Source of the DNA: Coniocarpon cinnabarinum
Taxonomy: Eukaryota
Length of the DNA: 64,000 bases
Direction: 5' to 3'
Assembly: GCA_051942205.1 (NCBI GenBank)
Contig: JAVECO010000100.1
Location: 1-64,000, forward strand
Below the pieces are notes generated by a model. That model searched no databases. It was not told the DNA's origin and saw only the letters and a list, made by a program, of their open reading frames with translations. Below are positions 36,896 to 49,799 of this stretch, in pieces. How positions within the stretch are numbered: position 1 is the stretch's first letter; each line of letters opens with the position of its first letter. The position numbers were made by a program, and so were the translations under genes.

Positions 36896-38511
36896 CCTGG
36901 CAGTCGTAAAAGACGAGTTGGCAGGCCGCGAAGTTCCAGATTATATGGTTCTTCAGTGTTCAAGGTGTTGGGAAAGTGATGGGAGTTGCTTGAAGAAAAC
37001 AAAAATGGTTCACCATTGACGCAACAAATAGTCAAATCGAGGTCGTTGAAGGTGTAGGTACCGAATTTTTTCTGGCTGCACAGTGAACGAAGTGCGCGCA
37101 TATTCGAGGCAACTGTCCCTGAGTAGACACATTTCGGACAGGTAGCGCGCACACTGGACTTTCATATGCTGCTTGGCGCCGCTGCTTACTACCTTGTTGC
37201 CCCGAGACACGGAAAAGGCAACGCTTTCGTCCAGAAGACGCGCAAGTTCTTTTTATTCAGTTGGGGAGTGGAAAGCTCTGTCGAGAATAGTTTTGCTTGG
37301 GCAAAGCGCCTAAGAACGTGTTTGCGTCGCTCCTGAGTTCTCCTGTCACGTCATCAACAATTTGCGAAAAGGATTTGCGAGAAAGCTTCTCTATCATCAC
37401 TGAGTTTTAACTTCAAGCGACTCGCTCTACCATCTGGTCGACGCACTTTCACATCTTCAAACATTGATTTTGACGATGTTGCAAACAAAGTCCCATCACA
37501 AAACACACTGCTAATCGGTATACGATCTGCTATCAGTCCCTGCTTTGCATGATCTTCAGGATGCTCCACACACTAAAACAAGTCTTAAACAAAGCCTTGT
37601 CAGAGGACCTTTAGACGGCTGAAGTGACCGCTTTTCTCTCCGCGTTCGCTTTGAATGCTTACGCAGCTACGGTAAGGTGCCATTCTGCTGGCGCAAGAGT
37701 CATTGATATTTCCGCTTCTGATCGAACGCTCTCAGATTTCTAGAGCCGCCATTTCCAGATCTGCATCATACAAAGTTGCTGTAAGTTTTCCCCGTTTTGT
37801 TTACGTAAACACACAGCTCGATTTCGTGATCTGACAGCAGAAATAGACAAGAATGGATCGGTGATATACTGGTCATTGTGAACTCAACCAAAATAACATG
37901 AAACGTACGTTGTAAACTGCTATCGTGCGACTACTCTTGCAATACACACCGAGGAGATAAAGCTTTGGAAGAGACCACATACGACGATAATATCTAGACC
38001 TTTGTAGTCGCTGCAGCTATCCGTGCGCAACCGCCCACAGCGCCCGGTGCATATGTGTAAAGCCACATCTTTTGACCCAAGGGAAGTTCGCATTTGCGGA
38101 AAATTGGTACCAGAAAATCTCCGGGTGCCGCGGAAGTACGGAGAAGGATTAGGCGAAGACGTGGCGGTCAAGGCGACTGCGTGTGCACCGCAGTATGATT
38201 TCAAATTGGCAAAGAACCTCTGTGCTAACCAAACCTGTAGAGGCAACCTGTGCGTCCTTCCCGCATTCGGACGTCGGATCAAGGCTAAACTCATTGGTGA
38301 GGCAACAGTGAAGAATTCGTGAAACCCAGCTTGTCCCGTGAACGTAAACCCTCGACCTCATGGAAATATTTGCACGACTTCGAAAGGCTAGAAATGTCAA
38401 ACAGAGCTGATTCCCTTATTCAACGTTGTTGATGGCTCGGCTACCCTATTTCGACTTCAGTGCCTGAGAATGTCGAGGCACCAAGATTTAGATTGGAGTT
38501 GGTTAGCGTTT

Positions 38512-39053
38512 TCACTGCTTGATCTCTGCAGTCCATTCCTTATTAATTTTCAAGTCAATTGTGTGAAAACATCCGTGAATCATCTTCGGCTTCCCTTCAG
38601 CAAAAGGTTTTGTCAGCTCCTCCATTTCTTCCCATATGCGCCCGAAGCTTCTCGTTCTAAAGCTGATCTCTGCCTCGCAATTATCGTATTCCATCGATGG
38701 GTTGACGGTAATTTCGACTTCTCTATGTGATACGTCAGTGCAATAGCAACGAGCAAGACCGCCAACTAAATGTGTGAAGTGGTTATTGAATTTTGCTGAG
38801 AAACATACACGAGCTCCACCTCACGGTTGGAATAGCGTAATTTATTGCTGTAACATAACTTTTCCTCTAACTTGCCCTCGCCCGAGCCAGCAGTATCAAC
38901 GATATGCTGCAATATAATCTGCGGGATCTTCACCACGCCTGGTTGCTCCGAATCATGGCAAATGAACGTGATATGATGGTTCTTGTCAATGCTTTCTAGC
39001 TTCTTTCCTTTCCCCCCCTTGAACGTAAAGGTTTTCTTCGTCGCCTCTGACAT
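38512..39053 (-). CDS. Orphan two-exon protein, paralog A of a local pair
   Basis: MSEATKKTFTFK..TFICHDSEQPG..SNREVELV, then phase-2 intron 38723-38808 (GTATGT..CTGAC..TAG), then EVEITVNPSMEYDNCEAE..WTAEIKQ*. Homologous to the 39.9-40.5 kb locus. Confidence 0.7.
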
Positions 39054-39895
39054 GACACCTAACCATTCGTTGCATGTGCAAATAATGGCTTGCTTCCGTA
39101 ATCAAGGCTCTTAGAGATAGTGAGATATGAGAAGCAGTCAAAGCCAGGAGAAAATGTCTGCATTATATACAATGAGTGCGTGAGCCTCAGCAGTATACGT
39201 GTCATCTCCAAAACTTCGAAAATAGATTCTTGGCGCCTACAACAACGGTTATAATTGCGAGAGAATAAGAAGTGCTCTGGGCCACGTCTTCGCAAGAGTT
39301 TCGGGTGTCCCTCCAACGCAAGGTGACAGTTGCTCTTGCAGGACATTAGATTCACCAGGACGTTTACCAAAGAGTGCGGTAGACTTGTTCGAAGACTCAG
39401 TTTCCCAAGTAGGTCACTCGCCAAGCTGGCTGACAATTAAAGATGATGAAGAAGAAAACTGAATTGAATCGTCGACCTGAGCTATTAAGCTGGTTCTACG
39501 TCGAAGCACCACAACAGACAGGCCAAGACGGTTCAGGAAGTATTTACGACCCGTTGAAGCCTCACAGTCATGCCACCTGTCATCTGCTGAAACGCATCGA
39601 ACCGGCGCAATCAGTCGTGTTTACAGTTCGTTCTTGGTGAACAATTAGGATGTCCTCTCGCTCCACTCCTAGCTCTTATCGATTTGGTGACGCGCGTTGC
39701 CATACCATGACCGGACGCAACCGAGTCATTGAACACACTGCCACATCTCACTAAAAGTTAGCTCTGACGGTATTGGGCCCAACTGGCTATCTCCAAATTG
39801 CAGAGACATCGAGTGGAACCAATACGCTTGCAGAACCTTGGTGATGGCCTACCTATCTGCATTCCTCTTCAATTTGATCAAGATACCTGGATACA

Positions 39896-40509
39896 TCATA
39901 CATAGGATTTGTATTGGGATGGATTATTGCTCTCGTTACTCCCGCCCTGCTTTTTGTTCGCGGCAGTTCCGTCATCGTCAAGTCTCACGACAAACCTGCG
40001 CTCATGCTGAATCGTTTCTCCAATCTTTGCTCTGAGTTTGATAGTAGAGGGTTTGAGATACTCAACAACATGTTTATGATTTGCAGCGATGACCTTAGCC
40101 TTGATTTCAAACGTCGCTAGGCAGTCATCGAGAACTTCAAACCTCCCTTTACTTCTAACTATGGCTTCCCTAAATACCTTGTCAGTAAGCAGATTTGTAA
40201 TCAGACTTGTGTTAACGAGCAGCATCGACAACTAAGCAACTTCTAAAAGGCTTTGGCCACTGCATTGAGAAACATACTTGAGTGTTACCTCATGCTCGGA
40301 AAAACTAATGCTTGAGAAAGATCAAACACTCGTTCTAACCTGTTGTTCTTCTTAAAGGCGAGATGCATTATCCATTCTGCTATTTTCTGTATGTTTTCCT
40401 TGCCTAGCTGCTGGCAGTTGTGGCAAAGAAACGTAACGCCGTATCTCTCCACCTTCAGCGTTGCACTCTCGTCGTTCTTGGTGAACTTGAACATCCTTGT
40501 TCCTGACAC
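39896..40509 (-). CDS. Orphan two-exon protein, paralog B (possible 1-nt frameshift or pseudogene)
   Basis: (V)SGTRMFKFTK..TFLCHNCQQLG, an intron ending at 40170 (CTGAC..TAG), then EAIVRSKGRFEVLDDCLA..GTAANKKQ. The donor GTATGTTTCTCA at 40277 is identical to paralog A's donor. Confidence 0.55.
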
Positions 40510-42202
40510 AAGCTGTAATCAATGAACGGCGCTGTAGATAGCGGCTTGTTTCGTGGGCCGAGACTCCTGAAAATGCCAAATCCAACCCCACAAGTTTAGC
40601 AATATGTGCAAGTTCTCTGCAGCTTTAAGAGATGCACAAACAATCTTCTAGCATCATAGGTGTCATCCTTGGAACATCACAAATCGCGTCGCCGAGCTTT
40701 CACTTCAGGAGCAAAAGGCGAGCGGACACGAAGCGCTGCCTGCGGTGTCTGCGTGGAGGCTTTGTCCGACGTGTCCCAGTACAAGATGGTGATTGGTCGT
40801 GGTAAGCTGTCCGGCTGGCGTGGTGTAGCGTGGAGCATCATGAGACATAGGCAAAGACGTTTAAGGAAATATCCACGACCCGTCAATGCCTTGCAAATAA
40901 TGCCACGTGTCTTATGATGGATCGTATTGCAACCATACAGCAGTAACATACACGGCCCTGTATGGTTCTTAACACATGCAACTGACGAGTGCGACCCTTC
41001 GGGTGACCGGATACCTGTTCATCCAGCGTGTTGTGGCGCAAGACACAAGTCGAACGCCCCCATTTTTGTCCACAATGATCATCATATCCTCTAGTTCAAG
41101 TCATGGCCATCCCAGTCGGTGCTCGATCGCCGGGACAAAATCAAACTGCCACTTGCGTTTGCTGCCGATCACCTGGATATGCCAGACACACATTGCTTCC
41201 GCATCATATACTAAGAAATAAGTGTGATGCTTTAAAGAGTGTTCAGGGACTATACACTCTGTATTAGATGACATTTGCTTAGGTACCTAGGGCGCTTGTT
41301 GCATGAAGACGACGCATGCGAAAATCGTGAAGAGGCATTTCAGAGTCATCGATCACATAGTCAGTGCCTCGTCAAGTAAGCCGCCCGCTGTCTCCTGTTG
41401 ACAGGTACGGAATGCACGTGGCCATAAGACTATGCAATCTTGTTTCATGTCTTTGGAAACACGTGCTTATCGCGAGTAATCTTCAGTCATCTGGGCCAGC
41501 ACTGTTTGACTAGCAGATAGCCCAGAAAATGGGTTTGACACGCCTTTTCAGCCATCAGTTGTACTATAGCACATCTCAGCGTACGAAAAACGCTCAACGA
41601 GTCTGCGTTAGTAACGAGTGCTCAGCAGTGGCCACGACATAATACTCACAGAAGAGGTCAAATGGAGTCCTCCCAATTACACCCACAAGTTTAGTCTCAA
41701 GGATCTTACGGACGGTTCGTTTAGCCAGGTGTCAATCTCACTTTACCGAAAGTCTGTTTGAGAATTCTAAACGTAGCAACCCCTGGCCCCTCCCTATATC
41801 CAACTCAGCAAGCGCTGAGTCGCAGCTAATATTTGATTTCAAGACAAACGTGTCCGCTGTGAAGCGAGCTTGCGCTACGCTTTTTGCTTGCTTCCAAAGT
41901 TAACATAATCAGCTTATGGCACCTGTCTTCTTTTAATGTTGCATTCACAAAGCAGACAACTAGCTGATGATGGGCGAGATGAGGATCTGAGCAACAGTAT
42001 CATAGCGGATGTTGTGGGCTATCAAGTCAGCCCCCGAATCAGACTGGAATAAGAATTGATGACATCTTGCGATAACCAGGGGCAAGCACGGGCAACAATG
42101 CGAACCTCAGAGGCGAACCTCGCAGATCCTTGGGCGTAGCGAGAACGAGTCTTCTAACCGGACAGTAAAAGAATGCCGGCGATGTACTCAAATAGGATGT
42201 CG

Positions 42203-43162
42203 CTAGCTTCGTTCCTGACGCCGGTGCTTGCGGCGGGAATGCGTAGACACGTTGGCGTCCTCGCGGCGAGACGAGGCTGCATCATAAACTTGACGACCCG
42301 CTTCGTAAAGATCTTGCTTTTCCGAATGAGTTGCGAAGTTGCCGGTCCCGCGTTCATCGTCGATGTGCGTAGCTGAAGCACTACAACGCTCACGGTGATG
42401 ATGTGTGTGTCTGGAGCAGTGTCTTCGTTCCCTCGGCTGATGCGAGCCGTGAAGCGCTTGCCTACGTTTGCTGGAAGTTGCCACGCACTCTCGCTCACTA
42501 CCTTTAATCTTTCCTTGCGCGGATTTCATCATAGAGAGTGGATCCATACTGGTTGTGCGAGATTGCGCTCTTCTTTGCAGACCCGGGTCTTCCTTTCCCA
42601 GCACATTCAGACCGGTGTCTTCCTTGTTTTTACTGTAATTGCCGCCAGCGTACCATGGCATGTCAGAAGGCTCGTTCCGTGACGGATTTGCTTGTCTGGC
42701 ATCGGGAAGGCGTGCTTGTTGAGCAGCACCCATAAATAGCTGCAAGTGACCATCTTGGCCTTTGAGAGATGCATCACTGCTCCGATAGCCTCGGCGTGCT
42801 ATAGGGTCTGCGCCGCCATCAGTATCCTTTGCAACTCGAATGTCCCGATCGGTATCATCTTCGCCATGAAGTTTGCGCCTCTTTCTGTAATGCTCACGGG
42901 ACGTGGTCCCCTCATAATCGGGTCTGAGGCGGCCATTGAGAGCATCCTGTTGCAGTTGCTCGAGTTTTTGAATCTTCTCAGGCAACGGTGGAGCCTCTCT
43001 GCGACTCAGTTGAGCATACTGCACATTGCTTTCATGTTCGTCTTTTAACTTCCCAAGAGTCTCAGCGCGGTCGGCGAAGGCATCTTCGTCTGCTTTGACA
43101 CGCAACACATTTCTGTCGAGGTGAGGATTCCAAGATTTTTTACCCAACAGATTGAGCGGCAT
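42203..43162 (-). CDS. Cir_N (CBF1-interacting corepressor N-terminal) domain protein, LENG1-like
   Basis: MPLNLLGKKSWNPHLDRNVLRVKADE N-terminal motif, RKRRKLHGEDDTDRDIR, PWY and DPLSMM motifs. Confidence 0.8.
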   Translation of the reverse strand: MPLNLLGKKSWNPHLDRNVLRVKADEDAFADRAETLGKLKDEHESNVQYAQLSRREAPPLPEKIQKLEQLQQDALNGRLRPDYEGTTSREHYRKRRKLHGEDDTDRDIRVAKDTDGGADPIARRGYRSSDASLKGQDGHLQLFMGAAQQARLPDARQANPSRNEPSDMPWYAGGNYSKNKEDTGLNVLGKEDPGLQRRAQSRTTSMDPLSMMKSAQGKIKGSERECVATSSKRRQALHGSHQPRERRHCSRHTHHHRERCSASATHIDDERGTGNFATHSEKQDLYEAGRQVYDAASSRREDANVSTHSRRKHRRQERS

Positions 43163-43426
43163 GGTTCTGCTCGAGCAATTGGGGGTGACGAAGCATACCT
43201 CAGAACGATTTAACGACGCAGGCAACTGGGGACGAATATCAATAAATATCGACGCCTTGCCCTGTCTTACCCTGTCTTTGTTGCTGCCAGGTGGTGGGGC
43301 TGCAACCTGGACAGACAATAGCGCCAACGTAGTCCGTCAAATCTAGCAGCCTGTATACATTTATTTCGACGCCTGCGCACTGCTTTGCGTAAAGTCCTCA
43401 CACTAGGACCTCGCTCCCAGGTCACC

Positions 43427-45874
43427 ATGTTCAACCGCAATAATTATCCAAGCCGCCCGCCCCCGCCTCAGTCCTCATACCCACCGCAAGGATACCCACA
43501 GCAGCAAGGCCGGCCGCCACCTCCACCGCAGCAGCAATATCACGACAAGATGGGTTACCCGCAACAAAGCCATTCTCAATCACAACGACCTCCGTCTTCG
43601 CGGCAATCCCGCTCTCTCATGCTGCACCCCACCAAGTCTCCCGACAATACATACACTTTTCGCAATCTCGTCGCAGTCTCCCCTCACGACATACCACCTA
43701 GCCGCGATGGCACCGATCCCTATATTCTCGTCAATGAAAACTTTGTGTTCACCGCGCGGCCGTACCAAGGCTTTCCGCAGGGCCAAATCGGCATGAACGA
43801 CCCTCAAAGAACGTGGGCGCAGATTGCACTTACAGACAGCGTCAGCGTCCAGCTTTATGATCCTTTCGCATCCGGCGGGGATACATATGTGGGCGCGCTC
43901 GACCTCGAGGTCGCCTTCGCCGGTCGTAAGACAACAGAGGCGCCGTATGACCAAGACGAGCTCGCAGAGAACCTCGCATACACGTTCCAGTCCCAGATCC
44001 TTTCACCTGGGCAGCAATTCCTTATGGATCACCGCTCGATTCCACTCCGTATAACTGTGAAGACCGTCCAGCTCGCCTCTTTGTCCATGTCTGAGAAGCC
44101 CGGTGCTGGCTCTCAGCAACCTGTTCGCTCCGATCCACAAGCACATGGCATCCTCACCACTAACAGCCAAATGAACTTTTTACGAGATCAACGCTCCCCT
44201 GTTCCCGTAAATCTCAAAGCCTCGAAGCGCCGTCCCGCTGCGAACGCGATCGTGCAACCTAACTTCAAATTCGAGGACATGGGCATTGGAGGTCTCGACA
44301 CGGAGTTCAGCACCATCTTTCGACGCGCCTTCGCCTCTCGCATCTTTCCGCCTGGCCTCGTCGAGCGTATGAACATTCAGCATGTCAAAGGAATTCTGCT
44401 GTTTGGTCCACCAGGTACTGGGAAGACGCTCATTGCTCGCCAGATAGGAAAAATGCTCAACGCGCGCGAACCGAAAGTTATCAACGGTCCTGAGGTCCTG
44501 AACAAATTCGTCGGCCAATCCGAGGAGAACATTCGCAAACTTTTCGCCGACGCCGAAAAAGAGTATAAGGAAAAAGGCGACGAATCTGGCCTGCACATCA
44601 TCATTTTCGACGAGCTGGACGCCGTCTGCAAGCAGCGTGGCTCCGGAGCTGCGGGCGGCACTGGCGTCGGCGACTCGGTTGTCAACCAACTGCTCAGCAA
44701 GCTTGATGGCGTCGATCAGCTCAACAACATATTGCTCATTGGCATGACAAATCGTAAAGACATGATCGACGACGCTCTACTGCGTCCTGGTCGTCTCGAG
44801 CTGCATATCGAGATTTCTCTCCCCGACGAGACCGGCCGTGTACAAATTCTCAAGATACACACCGAGAAGATGCGCCAAAACGGCGTCATCGACCACGACG
44901 TCGACGTGACCGAAATCGCAACCCTGACCAAGAATTTCTCCGGCGCCGAGCTTTCTGGTCTCGTTCGCGCCGCCAGCTCTTTCGCCTTCAATCGCCATAT
45001 CAAAGTCGGCACCATGGCGTCCGTGTCTGACGACGTCGAGAATCTCAAGATCAACCGCGCCGACTTCATGAATGCTCTCACAGAAGTGCACTCGGCCTTT
45101 GGCGTTTCGGAAGAGGATCTGGAGCGCTGCCTCGAAGGCGACGTCCTTCCCTTCTCCCCGAACATCGGTCAAATCCTGTCAGAGGGCGCCCGGCACATCC
45201 AGCGCATCCGCTCAGATCCACACGCTTCCGTCCTTTCAGTGCTGCTCCACGGCCCCTCTGGGTCGGGAAAGACAGCGCTCGCTGCGAAGATGGCGCTTGA
45301 CTCGGAGTTTCCCTTCATCAAGCTGGTCAGCCCACGCGACATCATCAACTTCAGCGAAGCAGGTAAGAAAGATTTCATCGGCAAAGTCTTCCAAGACGCA
45401 TACAAGTCGTCGCTTTCCATCGTGGTGCTCGACTCATTCGAGAGCATCATCGAGTGGAACCCGATCGGGCCGCGGTTCAGCAACACGGTGTTTGGCGCGC
45501 TGAAAACGCTCCTGGAGGCGAAACCGCCCAAGGAGCGAAGACTGCTCGTGCTGGTCACGACGAGTAGACGGAGCGTGATGGATCAGCTGGACGTGCTGGA
45601 CGCGTTCAACCACGAGATTGCGGTGCCGAACGTTAGCAGCCTGCAGGAGCTGTACGATGTGCTGAAACAGACGAGCGCATTCGGAGGGGAGAGCAGCGCG
45701 AGAAAACAGGCGTGTGGCATGGTGGGGGAGGTGAGTGGGGACCGGGTTGGCGTGGGAATCAAGAAGGTACTGGATGCGGTCAGCAGCAGCAAGCAGAGCG
45801 ACAGCGCCGAGGAGCAAGTGAGGGATTTTGTTGAGAAAATTGGGGCGATGATTGCGAGAGGTGGTGAGACATAA
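43427..45874 (+). CDS. SEC18: Vesicle-fusion AAA ATPase Sec18/NSF
   Basis: MGIGGLDTEFSTIFRRAFASRIFPP, GPPGTGKT, IIFDELDAVCKQRGS and a second AAA domain GPSGSGKT. Intronless. Confidence 0.97.
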   Translation: MFNRNNYPSRPPPPQSSYPPQGYPQQQGRPPPPPQQQYHDKMGYPQQSHSQSQRPPSSRQSRSLMLHPTKSPDNTYTFRNLVAVSPHDIPPSRDGTDPYILVNENFVFTARPYQGFPQGQIGMNDPQRTWAQIALTDSVSVQLYDPFASGGDTYVGALDLEVAFAGRKTTEAPYDQDELAENLAYTFQSQILSPGQQFLMDHRSIPLRITVKTVQLASLSMSEKPGAGSQQPVRSDPQAHGILTTNSQMNFLRDQRSPVPVNLKASKRRPAANAIVQPNFKFEDMGIGGLDTEFSTIFRRAFASRIFPPGLVERMNIQHVKGILLFGPPGTGKTLIARQIGKMLNAREPKVINGPEVLNKFVGQSEENIRKLFADAEKEYKEKGDESGLHIIIFDELDAVCKQRGSGAAGGTGVGDSVVNQLLSKLDGVDQLNNILLIGMTNRKDMIDDALLRPGRLELHIEISLPDETGRVQILKIHTEKMRQNGVIDHDVDVTEIATLTKNFSGAELSGLVRAASSFAFNRHIKVGTMASVSDDVENLKINRADFMNALTEVHSAFGVSEEDLERCLEGDVLPFSPNIGQILSEGARHIQRIRSDPHASVLSVLLHGPSGSGKTALAAKMALDSEFPFIKLVSPRDIINFSEAGKKDFIGKVFQDAYKSSLSIVVLDSFESIIEWNPIGPRFSNTVFGALKTLLEAKPPKERRLLVLVTTSRRSVMDQLDVLDAFNHEIAVPNVSSLQELYDVLKQTSAFGGESSARKQACGMVGEVSGDRVGVGIKKVLDAVSSSKQSDSAEEQVRDFVEKIGAMIARGGET

Positions 45875-46109
45875 GCATGGGCTGGAAATCGCGAGAAACA
45901 AATAGGGACATGGAAGAATCACGAGTTGGCGCTCCGCATGAACAGATTTAATTGACGGGGCATAGTAGTCTTTACGATATAGATGAGTACAGAGTGCTAT
46001 CATGAGAGGGGACATCACAATCAGTCTATTTAATGTGCACATTCTTGACGTGCTACAGCAATCTAGTCCCAAACGCCACTCGCCATGCATAGAGGCACGT
46101 TTCATACAA

Positions 46110-47779
46110 TCAGGCGTCTCTCAAGTCGACCGCCTCCCCGTCCATCACCACATCCTCGAGCTTCCGGGCCAGCTCACTGGTCCCATCGATACCATCCTCG
46201 GCGTCCCAGTCGGCCTTGGGATAGCCGTTCGTCAGGCCCATCCCGCCTCCGTTCGCCATCCCACCGGTGATTGCACCCTTCTTCTGTGCCTGCTCGCTGA
46301 TCCGTCGCAGTTCAGACGTAAATGTCTCGCCCCACCAAGCACTCGTGTACTTCTTCACATATTTCTCCAGTTTCTGATAGTTGACTGTGCGCTGTTCTTC
46401 ACCCATTGTGACTGCATCGTGGATGGCGTCTGCCAGCTCCTCTGTGTTCCAGGGATTCACGACGATAGATCCGTTGAGTGATTGCGATGCGCCAGCAAAC
46501 TCCGAGAGGACAAGGGCGCCCTTTTTGGTGGCCTGGCACATGATGTACTCGAAGCAGACGAGGTTCATGCCGTCTCGAGTCGAGGAGATGAGGCAAACGT
46601 CCGACACCGAGTAGAGTGCAATGAGCTCGTCGAAGGCCACAGACTTGTGCATGAAATGGATGGGCATAAACTCAATGGTGCCAAACTTGCCATTGATCCG
46701 ACCAACAAGCTCGTTGACAACGGCGCGCAAGTTCTGATATTCCTCAACGTCCTGACGTGAAGGCACAGCAACTTGCACTAGAACAACCTTGCCAATCCAC
46801 TCGGGATGCTCGGTCAGGAAGACCTCGAGTGCGTGCAATTTCTGCGGGACGCCCTTGATGTAGTCGAGACGATCTACACCGACAATAATCTTACAGCCTT
46901 GGAACTTGCGCTGCAGCGAAGCAATGCGATCTTGGACCTTGGGCTTCTGAAGGCCGTCCATGAATTTCTCAGGATCAATGCCGATCGGGTAGGCACCAAC
47001 AGAAACGAACTTGCCGTGGAAGTCAACACCGTTGGGGCTCGTACCGAGATTGAGAATGCGAGAGCAGGAGCTGAGGAAGTGACGGGCGTAGTCGTACGTG
47101 TGGAAACCAATGAGGTCGCAGTGAAGGAGACCCTCCAGGATCTGGGAACGTACCGGGAGGATGCGATAAATTTCGCTGCTGGGAAATGGCGTGTGCAAGA
47201 AGAAGCCGAGCTTGACGTTGCGTTTCGAGTCGCCTATTTCCTCTCGGAGCATTTGCGGAAGCAGCATAAGATGGTAATCATGGACCCAGACAAAGTCACC
47301 ATCTTTGATTTGGGGAGCAATCGTTCTCGCAAATTGACGATTTGCTTGTTCGTATGCCTCCCAGTACTCCTCAACGAAAGTGATCTCGCCGGGGTGATAA
47401 TGGAAGAGTGGCCATAGAATTGAGTCTATCGAGGTCGTTAGCGAGAAACGATGACTGACTTGCCTTGGCCGAAGCACGTACTGGAGAAGCCATTGTAGTG
47501 TTTTTCGGCAAGCTGCTCGTCAAGCATGACGGGAATGGCGTCGAACTCAGACTTGAGCTGGGACTTTAACTGATCGACCTCGTTTTCATCGACCGAAAGA
47601 CCAGGCCAACCGTACCACTCGAATTTTGTTGACTTCGTCAGCCCTGATAGACCTGAGACAAGCCCGCCGGAAGAGATCGAGAGATCAAAGCCAGAAGCTC
47701 CATTGCGCTTGACGGTGATGGGCAAGCGGTTAGCGACAACGATGAGCCGGCCGCTGGGCGCTGGCTCTGTGGAGGACAT
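46110..47779 (-). CDS. TPS1: Trehalose-6-phosphate synthase
   Basis: LIVVANRLP, SSGGLVSGL, HYNGFSN-SILWPLFHY (intron 47426-47481), WVHDYHL, GVDRLDYIKG and RDGMNLV. Confidence 0.97.
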
Positions 47780-48255
47780 GGCGCGCCAGGGGTGAGGTTA
47801 TGGGCGGAGCGCCGGCTTCGGTTGCGACCAAGTCCACTGAGAGGGAAATGGTACCTTGCCTACCTGGAGACCACCTTTTTTGGATGTGGCACGGCCTTGC
47901 AGGTGCATAAGAAGACTGGAAGAGCTGTGTGTGTGTGTTGCACTAGGCGAGGCAGCACATCAATTAGGTGGCGCCTGAGAGCAAAGGAATGTGGAGGCGT
48001 CGACAGGTAGAAAGCGGCAGAGAAGCAACAGGTGTTCAAGAGCAAGTGTTGAGGGGCCCCGAGGACGAAATGCAGCGGCTGATGAGGATGGCCGTCAGAG
48101 CCGTGCTTGGAAGTCGCCGCGCCTGTCTGAGCGCAGGTACGGAATACACTGCGCAGAGCGGTGTGCCAATTTTCTTCAGCCAGGTAATGTGAGCTACGGT
48201 GCACTGTGACAGACGAGTGATGAGGCAACAGGCGCCATTGACTCGCCCACCACAT

Positions 48256-48282
48256 GAAGCTGAGCGAAGCTGAGCGAAGCTG
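48256..48282 (+). repeat. Tandem 10-mer (GAAGCTGAGC)x2.7 in the TPS1 upstream region
   Basis: gaagctgagc gaagctgagc gaagctg. STRE-like AGGGG elements also occur at 47788 and 48052. Confidence 0.7.
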
Positions 48283-48455
48283 TTGCCAGGTGTCTTCGGC
48301 CAGGCAATTCCGAAGCCTCGGCTCGGATCGGTCACCACGCAAGGAAATCCAGCGGGCCGAGCCGCCGGGCACTGTCGAGCCTCCGCCCCCAGCGCCGTAG
48401 GTATCATTCGAGGATGCAGCCTCTCGTCTTTCTCGATTCACTTCACACACTGCCT

Positions 48456-49799
48456 CTACACCGTAGTCCCTACGAACGCGTTCCACTGCGCATCTGGACA
48501 CTCACTGCCAATAGGCTCACCCGTTGCTGTGCCCAGATTGATGTCACCACTGCTTCCGCTGACTGTCACCGCGCCCAGCCCGCCAAAATCGCTCAGCGGG
48601 ACACTGGAGTGAAAGAGCCCAGCAGCTTCTGCAGTTGCCGTTTGCGTCGAGCCGGACATCTCGATGGTCACGGTTGGGGTCCCCGAAGGAGCAAAGGCGG
48701 TGAAGAAGATGGCATCGACGTCACAATCAGTGGCAACCAACTGCGGCTGACCGGGCTGCCCACAGGGCACATCGAGACTGGCGCACGCAGCTCCTGGGCT
48801 CAGCCGATACCAGAAGGTGATGTGCGGTGTGTAGGAGCTCGCATCAGGCGTCGAATTGGGGCCACCTTTGTAGAGAGCTATGTAATAAGGTAAATCTGCT
48901 CGCCACGCCGAATGGTTGGACGGTGGCACGTAGACATTGGAGTCAGGAGGGTATGCGGACGGATCGCGAGGATTGTCCGCAATGTAATGGCTCTCCCCCC
49001 AATCGTTCCAAGTAAGAATCTCAACGAGCTCGGGATTGACCTGTTGCGCCTGCAGCCAGGAGGCATGCCATAAATTGCCTCCATCTTGTAACCATTTCTT
49101 GGAATTTGGGATATTTGTGTAGAACCAGGGCGAGGCAGGCATCATGAACGGCTTCGAACCGAGGGCGGACTTGTATTGAGTAGCAGTCGTGGGGGCATCA
49201 GCAACGCCGTAAGGCCAAGCATCCCAACTGAGCAATCTGTACGAGCATTAGCAAGGTAGCTGTGCCTGCATGGGAAGCACTGACCCGTCTATGTTTGGCT
49301 GACTTGCTGCGCCTTCAGCCCCTAGACTGGAGTAATCTGGCATGAAGAAGCACGCTGCTTGATCTTTGATGCTCGCCCAGTCAGTGGCACGGTCCGTCCC
49401 TTCGAAAGTTGACACCAGCGGTTTGCCGTTGTAGATATACTGGCCTGTATTGGAAGAGTACCGATTGATTGTAGCGACGACAGTGGGTACGTCAAAGCCG
49501 CCCTGGCTTGACGCCGCTTGATAGTCGAATGAAAGGAACATCTTGAAGTTCGTAGTCTGATTTGCGGCGGCATAAGCGTGGTCCAATTGAGTCTCGGTGT
49601 AGCTGTCCAGGGCAATATTGAGCGCAAACGCGGAGATGCCTGCAGCAGAGGCTTGGGCAACCTGCTGATTCCAATCCGCTGGAGTCATCCAAGCGCTCGT
49701 TCCAATGATGTGGTGGGCAAAAACATCCCCGGCCGCCACACACGTACTCAGCAGCGACAGGTAGAGAACCGCGATGTCTAAAGATCCACACTTCATCAT
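48456..49799 (-). CDS. Secreted glycoside hydrolase family 71 alpha-1,3-glucanase (mutanase)
   Basis: Signal peptide, VFAHHIIG, GISAFALNI, MFLSFDY, KPLVSTFEG, intron 49237-49284, SWDAWP, SPWFYTN and VEILTWNDWGESHYI. Confidence 0.93.

Noticed and set aside
37354..38322. Possible third member of the 38.5-40.5 kb family (SDHEIEL motif near 37.83 kb) and nearby short ORFs
   Set aside because: Only a 7-residue resemblance spanning a likely splice acceptor, and no coherent gene model.
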